NCBI GenBank assembly: GCA_963783375.1
Contig: CAWANH010000029.1
Coordinates: 531,072 to 595,071 of the forward strand
DNA length: 64,000 nucleotides
From: Candidatus Eiseniibacteriota bacterium
Lineage (GTDB): Bacteria; Eisenbacteria; RBG-16-71-46; JABDJR01
Direction: 5' to 3'
Made by a program: the position numbers and the translations under genes. Below the pieces are notes generated by a model. It was not told the origin of the DNA. It was given only the letters and a program-made list of their open reading frames with translations, and searched no databases. The stretch's first letter is position 1; each line of letters starts with the position of its first letter. Below, in pieces: positions 58,057 to 64,000 of this stretch.

Positions 58057-59144
58057 AGAACCTTCTCCCGGCGCTCCGGCCGTGGGTCCGCGGTCTGGCC
58101 CCGGTGGTGGCCGTTCCTCTCCTCCTCCATCTCTCGGATCCGCTTCTCCATGTCCTTCAGCTGCTCGAAAAGCGCGGGGAGCTTGCGGGTGTAGGCGTTC
58201 AATCGACGCGCCCGGTCGTGCTCCATGGCCGGATATCCCGATACCCGGGCGTCGGCGGCGACGGACTTGGTCACCCCGGCCTGGGCCCCCACCATGGCCC
58301 GGTCCCCGATCGTGATATGCCCCGCCAATCCCGCCTGCCCGGCCACGGTCACGTCCTTGCCCACCTGGGTGGACCCGGAAATCCCCACCTGCGCCACCAG
58401 GAGGGTGTTCTCGCCGATCACCACGTTGTGGGCGACATGAACCAGGTTGTCGATCTTGACCCCGCTACCGATCCGGGTCGCCCCCATGGTGGCGCGGTCC
58501 ACCGCCACGTTGGCCCCGATCTCCACGTCGTCGCCGATCACCACCGAGCCCAGCTGGGGGATCTTCTCGTGGTGGTCGTTGTGGCGCACGTAGCCGAATC
58601 CGTCCGAGCCGAGCACGGTTCCACAGTGAACGGTGACCCGCTTTCCCAGGATCACGTCTTCCCGCACGGTGACGTTGGGGTACAGGTAGGAGCCGTCGCC
58701 GAGGACCGAATCGCGACCCACGAACACTCCCGGGGCGAGAACCACCCCTTCCCCAAGCACCGCCCCCGCCTCGACCACGCACAGCGCCCCCACCGAGACC
58801 CCCGGCCCCAGCCGGGCGGTCGGATCCACCACCGCGGTGGGATGCACGCCGGCCGGCCGTTCGCGAGAGCCCTCGCTGAACATGCGGAGCACCTGGATGA
58901 AGCCCACGTAGGGATCGTCGGCGCGGATCAGGGCGGCCGCGGAACCGCCGCCGTAATCCCGGGGGACGATGACCGCCGACGCCCGGGTTCCCGGGACCTC
59001 GGCCGCATACTTGGGGTTGGCGAGGAAGGTGATCTGGCCGGGACCGGCGTCGGTGATCCCCGAGACCCCGTTCACCGGGATCTCCGGGTTCCCCTCCAAA
59101 TCCGCGCCCAGGCGCCGGGCGATGTCTCCCAAGCTGAACTGCAT
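58053..59144 (-). CDS. lpxD: UDP-3-O-acylglucosamine N-acyltransferase
   Basis: [14 protein letters not shown]... plus hexapeptide repeats. The product is 363 aa. Confidence 0.9.
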   Translation of the reverse strand: MQFSLGDIARRLGADLEGNPEIPVNGVSGITDAGPGQITFLANPKYAAEVPGTRASAVIVPRDYGGGSAAALIRADDPYVGFIQVLRMFSEGSRERPAGVHPTAVVDPTARLGPGVSVGALCVVEAGAVLGEGVVLAPGVFVGRDSVLGDGSYLYPNVTVREDVILGKRVTVHCGTVLGSDGFGYVRHNDHHEKIPQLGSVVIGDDVEIGANVAVDRATMGATRIGSGVKIDNLVHVAHNVVIGENTLLVAQVGISGSTQVGKDVTVAGQAGLAGHITIGDRAMVGAQAGVTKSVAADARVSGYPAMEHDRARRLNAYTRKLPALFEQLKDMEKRIREMEEERNGHHRGQTADPRPERREKVL

Positions 59145-59218
59145 GTTCCGTCCTCGATCCCGGAAGAGGCCGATCTCCGGACCTCAGCGGGCTCCCGGTT
59201 CGCCGACCGCCGGGCGGG

Positions 59219-59797
59219 CTACCTGTTTTGCCCCTGCGGCGGCTGCGCCGGGGGTGTTTGCTGCTGGGGTGTCCCCTGATCCTCGTTCAGAACCGCCACC
59301 ACCCGGTCGGTGAGATCGAAGGCGTCGTTGGCGTACACGATGTTGCCGTCGGTGGCGTCAAAGATGATCGAATAGCCTTCGCTCTGTCCGATGTTGGTCA
59401 GCACCTCGCGGATCTTGTCCACGATGGGCTGGGTGAGCTCCTGGTTTCGCTTGGCCACCTTTCCGGTGGGCCCCCAGATCTCCTGGGTGAACTGGTCGAG
59501 TTCGCTCCGCTTCTTCTGGATTTCTTCTTCCCGCTCCCGTCGCTTGGGCTCGCTCAGGATCAAGCTCTGGCTCTCATAGTCCTTCTGGAGCTGATCCAGC
59601 TCCTGCTTCTTCGTCTCCAGCTCCTTGTTCCACTGCTCGACCTGCTGATTGAACTGGGACTGGGCGTCCTTGGTCCCGTGAAACTCGGCGAAGATACGCT
59701 CGGAATCGATGAAGCCCAGCTTCAGGTCCGCCGCCCGCGCCGGAACGGCGGGAAATCCTAGCAAAAAGACAGCCAGAAAGATAGTTCCCTGGATCAT
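59219..59797 (-). CDS. skp: Periplasmic chaperone Skp/OmpH
   Basis: MIQGTIFLAVFLLGFPAVPARA is a signal peptide, followed by a coiled-coil OmpH fold. The ATG is at 59797. Confidence 0.85.
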   Translation of the reverse strand: MIQGTIFLAVFLLGFPAVPARAADLKLGFIDSERIFAEFHGTKDAQSQFNQQVEQWNKELETKKQELDQLQKDYESQSLILSEPKRREREEEIQKKRSELDQFTQEIWGPTGKVAKRNQELTQPIVDKIREVLTNIGQSEGYSIIFDATDGNIVYANDAFDLTDRVVAVLNEDQGTPQQQTPPAQPPQGQNR

Positions 59798-59903
59798 GCG
59801 TCGCAACACGACTGGTCCTCCTCTGCGGGCGGGACTCGCCCTGCCCTCGCCGAATTTCCGATTTGGGTCGAGTCGGCGGATCCCCCTGGCCGGCAAATCC
59901 GGT

Positions 59904-62501
59904 TCAGAAGATCCGACCGAACTGAATGTGAGGCTGCCATCCCTTGCGGTCGTACCGCCCCGTGGATCGATTCAGCCGGTCGAAACCATAACCGTAGTCG
60001 AAGCCGATCAGGCCCAGGAGCGGCACCTCCATGCGGAGCCCGAGTCCCACGCTCTTGTGGATGTCGTCCCACCGGAAATCCTCCACCCGATTCCAGGTCC
60101 CGCCCCAATCGGTGAAGAGCAGGGCGTGGAGGGGATCGGCGATGGGAAACTGCCACTCGAGGGTGAAGGCGGCCATGTACCGTCCGCCCGGATAGTAGAC
60201 CGGACTCGACGACACGGAGTAGCTGGTGTCCTGAGCCGTGGTCACGCTATCGACCTGAACGCTCCGGATGTAGCGGCTGACCAGGAACCGACGGCCGACG
60301 TTGTCCGAGGGTACGACCTCGAAATCATCGTAACCACGGAGGGCGTCAAAGGTGGTTCCTCCCAGGCGGAAGAGCTCGTTGGATTCCGGGGGGTAGCGCT
60401 TGTAGTGCCGCGGCACCGGGACCGCCACCGAGGTCCCCAGGCCCAGGCTCACCGAGTCCAGCACCGCGCCCTCGGGGATACCGGTCTCATAGGACCAGGC
60501 GTCGGGAAGGAACGGGTCGTTCCGGAAGGCGTCCCCCACCATTCCCAGCCGGACCCGGGGCATCAGGACCGCGTGCCACTTCCCCGCCTCGATCGTCTTC
60601 ATGTAGTGGGCCAGGTCGAGCTCGTACTTCTGGTAGACCTGATCGCCCCCCAGCGGTCCACCCGCCATTTCCACCCGGAGCTTCTCGTTGGAGCCCACGG
60701 TGGGATAGAGGGGATCGTTGGTCGAGTTGCGGACCAGGCTGAGCGCCAGGTTCGAGGTCAGCGCGGTCTCCTGATCGAGCCGGAAGCCGGTGACGAAGAG
60801 GGAACTCGAAACACCGGTTCCGGTGCTGTCGCTGGAGGTGGAGATGCTCGTCTCGTCCACCACCGACTGGTTCTGGAGGCCGTAGGTGGCGAAGAGCTTC
60901 ACGTATGGGATGGGAAGGGGACGGCCCACCCGGATGGCCCCCCCCACCTGGCGGATCTCCAGGTTCAGATCGGGCCCCTGGTAGATCCGGTTGGTGCTGA
61001 ACAGATCGATCCCGGTGGAGGTCGGCGTCCCCAGGAACCAGGGTTCGGTGAACGAGAGCTCGGCGTTGTTGCGCTGGCTGCCCCGTTCCATGCGGAGGTT
61101 CAGGCTCTGGCCGTTCCCGAACAGGTTGGTGTGGCCCAGCTCCATGAAACCGGTGAGCCCCACCGAGCTGGAGAAGCCGAAACCCGCCGACGCGGTGCCG
61201 ACCTGTTTCTCCTCCACGTTCAGGGTGAGATCGATGTCGTTGGACCCGGGCACCGGCTTGGAGTTCACCTCCACATTGCTGAAGTACCCGAGCTGCTGGA
61301 GCATCCGATTGCTGCGGACCAGGAGATTCCGTCGGAAGAGATCCCCCGGCCGGATGGCCAGCTCCCGCCGGATGACCTTCTCCTTGGTTCGGGTGTTTCC
61401 GCTGATGAGGATGTCGTGGACGTGGGAGGGTTTTCCCTCCGTCACCTGGAAGGTGACATCCACGGTGGAGTCCGCGGTCACGTAGTCCGGCTGGATGTTC
61501 AGATAGATGTAACCCCGGTCCGCGTAGGCCCCGATGGCCTCCTCCACCGTCCTGTCCACTTTCTCCTGGTTGAAGACCGCTCCCGGCTCCAGCTGGGTGA
61601 GCCCGTAGAGGGCCGGAGTCGGCACCGCCTGGTTCCCGGCCCACTTCACCCCACCCACGTAGTAACGCTGACCCTCCTCCACCTGGACCTCGACCACCAC
61701 CCGGTCGTCTTTGGAGCCGGGGACGACGTCGTACTTGAGGACCTTGCCGTCCCTGAACCCCTGTTTGCCCATCTCCTCTTCGATGCGCTTCATGTCCTCG
61801 ACCAGCACGTCGGGCTTCAGGACCCCGCCCTTCAGGAATCCGGTGGTCCCCTGTTTCATCGCTCCCTTGAGGTCGCCGGCGTCGAGCTGGTGGGCCCCGT
61901 CGAAGCGGATCTTCTCCACCCGCACCTTGGGGCCCTCGTCGATCTCCACCAGGAGGATGCGCCGGGACTCGGAGTCCCCGGCCAGGAACCGGGGGGTGAT
62001 CTTGGCCCGGGTGTATCCCTTCTGCCGGTAGGCGTCGTGGATCCTCCGCTGGACCAGGGAGAGAAGCCGGTCATCGGCCATTCGTCCGGTCAGCTCGCCG
62101 GTGGCGGTGATGAGATCCTTCTTCTTGATCTTCTTGTTGCCGGTGAATTCCACCGACCCCACCCGGGGATTCTCGGTGACGTGGACGGTGAGGGCGACGC
62201 CCCGCTCGCCCACCTCCCCGGTCACCTGGATGTCGTTGAAGAAACCGAGGTCGTAGAGGTGGCGGATGCCCCGGCGCACCGCGTCCGCCGAGTACCGGGC
62301 TCCGGCGGGAAGGGCGAAGGCCCTAAGGACCAGATCGGTGTCCACGGTCTCGTTGCCGACCACGCGCACCGAGGCCACGGTGTCGGGCGGCGCAGACGGC
62401 ACCTGGGCCCGGGCTTTCCCGGGCCCAGAACCAAGCAGGAAGAGAATCAGAAGGAGGAGAAACTCAGTCGGACGGCTCCCCCCCGGAAGCCGTCTATGCA
62501 C
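59904..62501 (-). CDS. bamA: Outer membrane protein assembly factor BamA
   Basis: The 865-aa product has a signal peptide, POTRA repeats and a C-terminal beta-barrel ending ...IQFGRIF. Confidence 0.9.
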   Translation of the reverse strand: MHRRLPGGSRPTEFLLLLILFLLGSGPGKARAQVPSAPPDTVASVRVVGNETVDTDLVLRAFALPAGARYSADAVRRGIRHLYDLGFFNDIQVTGEVGERGVALTVHVTENPRVGSVEFTGNKKIKKKDLITATGELTGRMADDRLLSLVQRRIHDAYRQKGYTRAKITPRFLAGDSESRRILLVEIDEGPKVRVEKIRFDGAHQLDAGDLKGAMKQGTTGFLKGGVLKPDVLVEDMKRIEEEMGKQGFRDGKVLKYDVVPGSKDDRVVVEVQVEEGQRYYVGGVKWAGNQAVPTPALYGLTQLEPGAVFNQEKVDRTVEEAIGAYADRGYIYLNIQPDYVTADSTVDVTFQVTEGKPSHVHDILISGNTRTKEKVIRRELAIRPGDLFRRNLLVRSNRMLQQLGYFSNVEVNSKPVPGSNDIDLTLNVEEKQVGTASAGFGFSSSVGLTGFMELGHTNLFGNGQSLNLRMERGSQRNNAELSFTEPWFLGTPTSTGIDLFSTNRIYQGPDLNLEIRQVGGAIRVGRPLPIPYVKLFATYGLQNQSVVDETSISTSSDSTGTGVSSSLFVTGFRLDQETALTSNLALSLVRNSTNDPLYPTVGSNEKLRVEMAGGPLGGDQVYQKYELDLAHYMKTIEAGKWHAVLMPRVRLGMVGDAFRNDPFLPDAWSYETGIPEGAVLDSVSLGLGTSVAVPVPRHYKRYPPESNELFRLGGTTFDALRGYDDFEVVPSDNVGRRFLVSRYIRSVQVDSVTTAQDTSYSVSSSPVYYPGGRYMAAFTLEWQFPIADPLHALLFTDWGGTWNRVEDFRWDDIHKSVGLGLRMEVPLLGLIGFDYGYGFDRLNRSTGRYDRKGWQPHIQFGRIF

Positions 62502-64000
62502 CCTGCTCCACCCTCTCGCTGTTCTCCGCGGACTCGCGTTCCCGCTCCTCGAAGGTGAGTTCGTCTCCCCGGCGACCGATCCGGATCACGCCGCCCGGGA
62601 CGAATTTTCCCGCCAGCACCAGCTCGGCCAGGGGGTCCTCGATGAGTCGTTGGATGGCCCGGCGGAGCGGCCGCGCCCCCATCTTCGGATCGAAGCCCTT
62701 CTCCACCAGGAGGGAGACCGCCGGGGGAGTGAGGCTCAGGTCCAGGCGGTGCTCGGCCAGGCGGAGCTTGACCTCATCGAGGAGGATCCGCACGATCTGC
62801 TCGATCTCCTTTCGGCCCAGGGCCCGGAAGACGATCACCTCGTCGATGCGGTTCAGGAACTCGGGGTTGAACGCCCGCTTGACCTCGTCCATCACCGTGG
62901 AACGCATGCGGTCGTGGGCCTCCTGGGCGTCGTCGCGGGCGAAACCCACCGAGCTGCGCCCGCCGATCAGCTGGGCTCCGAGGTTCGAGGTCATGATCAG
63001 CACGGTGTTCTTGAAGTTCACCTTCCGGCGCATGCTGTCGGTGAGCTGCCCGTCCTCCAGCACCTGGAGGAGGATGTTGAACACGTCGGGGTGGGCCTTC
63101 TCGATCTCGTCCAGGAGGACCACGCTGTAGGGCTTCCGGCGCACCTTCTCGGTCAGCTGCCCGCCCTCCTCGTACCCCACGTACCCGGGGGGCGCTCCCA
63201 CCAGCCGGGACACCGAGAACTTCTCCATGTACTCCGACATGTCGATGCGGATCAGGGCGTCGGGGTCGTCGAAGAGGAACTGGGCCAGCACGCGGGCCAG
63301 TTCGGTCTTTCCCACCCCCGTGGGCCCGAGGAAGATGAACGTGCCGATGGGCCGGCGCGGGTCGCGAAGTCCGGCCCGGTTGCGGCGCACCGCCCGGGAC
63401 ACCGCCTTGACCGCCTCGTCCTGTCCGACCACCTTCTCCCGGAGGACCTCCTCCATGCGGAGGAGCTTCTTGGACTCGCTCTCCTCCAGGTTGGACACCG
63501 GGATGCCGGTCATCTTGCTGATGACGGTGGCTATCTCCTCCGCGTCCACCATGGTGGTGTTGACCGAGCGGCTCTCGTTCCATTCCCGCTTCAGCTTGGC
63601 CAGCTGCTTGCGGAGGTCCTTCTCCCGATCACGAAAGCTGGCCGCCTTCTCGAACTCCTGGTTCTGGATGGCCGCTTCCTTCTCCTTGGAGAGCTCGCCG
63701 ATCTTGGCCTCCATGTCCCGGAGCTCCTGGGGAACCACCGAAAGGGACAGCCGGGACCGGGACCCCGCTTCGTCCAGGACGTCGATGGCCTTGTCCGGGA
63801 GGAACCGGTCCGAGATGTAGCGGTCGGAGAGGTAGACCGTGGCCCGGACCGCCTCGTCGGTGAACTTCACCCCGTGATGGGCCTCGTACTTGTCGCGGAG
63901 GCCCATGATGATGTGCACGGTCTCTTCCGCGGTGGGCGGATCGACCATGATGGGTTGGAAGCGGCGCTCCAGGGCCCCGTCCTTCTCGATGTACTTCCGG
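62494..64000 (-). CDS. clpC: Clp ATPase (ClpC/ClpA-type), C-terminal part. The gene continues beyond the window end.
   Basis: The D1 end and complete D2 AAA+ module read GPTGVGKTELARVLA...LLDEIEKAHPDVFNILLQVLEDG. The frame stays open upstream of the first in-window Met (...RKYIEKDGALERRFQPIMVDPP). Confidence 0.85.
   Translation of the reverse strand, partial: RKYIEKDGALERRFQPIMVDPPTAEETVHIIMGLRDKYEAHHGVKFTDEAVRATVYLSDRYISDRFLPDKAIDVLDEAGSRSRLSLSVVPQELRDMEAKIGELSKEKEAAIQNQEFEKAASFRDREKDLRKQLAKLKREWNESRSVNTTMVDAEEIATVISKMTGIPVSNLEESESKKLLRMEEVLREKVVGQDEAVKAVSRAVRRNRAGLRDPRRPIGTFIFLGPTGVGKTELARVLAQFLFDDPDALIRIDMSEYMEKFSVSRLVGAPPGYVGYEEGGQLTEKVRRKPYSVVLLDEIEKAHPDVFNILLQVLEDGQLTDSMRRKVNFKNTVLIMTSNLGAQLIGGRSSVGFARDDAQEAHDRMRSTVMDEVKRAFNPEFLNRIDEVIVFRALGRKEIEQIVRILLDEVKLRLAEHRLDLSLTPPAVSLLVEKGFDPKMGARPLRRAIQRLIEDPLAELVLAGKFVPGGVIRIGRRGDELTFEERERESAENSERVEQGA

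Overview
This is a 64 kb window of high-GC (about 70%) chromosomal DNA from a diderm bacterium. The LpxC-FabZ fusion and the bamA-skp-lpxD-lpxC/fabZ-lpxA-lpxB cluster suggest an FCB-group or Gemmatimonadota-like lineage. Almost all genes lie on the minus strand. Read along the minus strand the order is: clpC (partial), bamA, skp, lpxD, lpxC-fabZ, lpxA, a Gfo/Idh/MocA oxidoreductase, lpxB, DUF374, kdtA, lpxK. It continues with nadB, hsp20, lon, a GT9 heptosyltransferase, a hypothetical gene, mutL, miaA, tRNA-Gly, DUF512, der, plsY, gpsA, merR, tRNA-Pro, GT2, surE, pcm, tRNA-Pro, acyP and a sigma-70 factor. It ends with apt, ycaQ, thrS, infC, rpmI, rplT, pheS, pheT, zapB, zapA, ymdB, folD and xseA (partial). 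Two glycan-type accessory segments interrupt this backbone. The first is a plus-strand GT1 gene plus a polytopic membrane protein inserted between pheS and pheT. The second is a roughly 12 kb polysaccharide-type locus with Wzx flippase, GT1, GT-C-like membrane protein, methyltransferase, GMC oxidoreductase, epimerase, GT9 and GT87/DUF2029 genes. This locus lies downstream of a tRNA-Val, zinc-ribbon gene, tRNA-Arg cluster. It carries a dense cluster of apparent frameshifts at short homopolymers, about 10 in 4.3 kb. Only about 4 frameshifts occur in the remaining 59 kb, two of them in lpxK and the DUF512 gene. I flag this as either sequencing or assembly error in a strain-variable region or genuine decay. 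The most unusual single gene encodes a 99-aa zinc-ribbon protein with a roughly 55-residue poly-Asp/Glu tail built from GAN trinucleotide repeats. It sits between two tRNA genes. Other points of note are a candidate 6S RNA downstream of zapA, an IF3 gene that appears to start at AUA, and a GnnA-like oxidoreductase translationally coupled inside the lpx operon. A surE-pcm-sigma factor linkage also recalls the E. coli rpoS neighbourhood. No CRISPR array, transposase, integrase or recognisable defence system was found. Many long ORFs in the track are antisense shadow ORFs of the GC-rich genes and were ignored.
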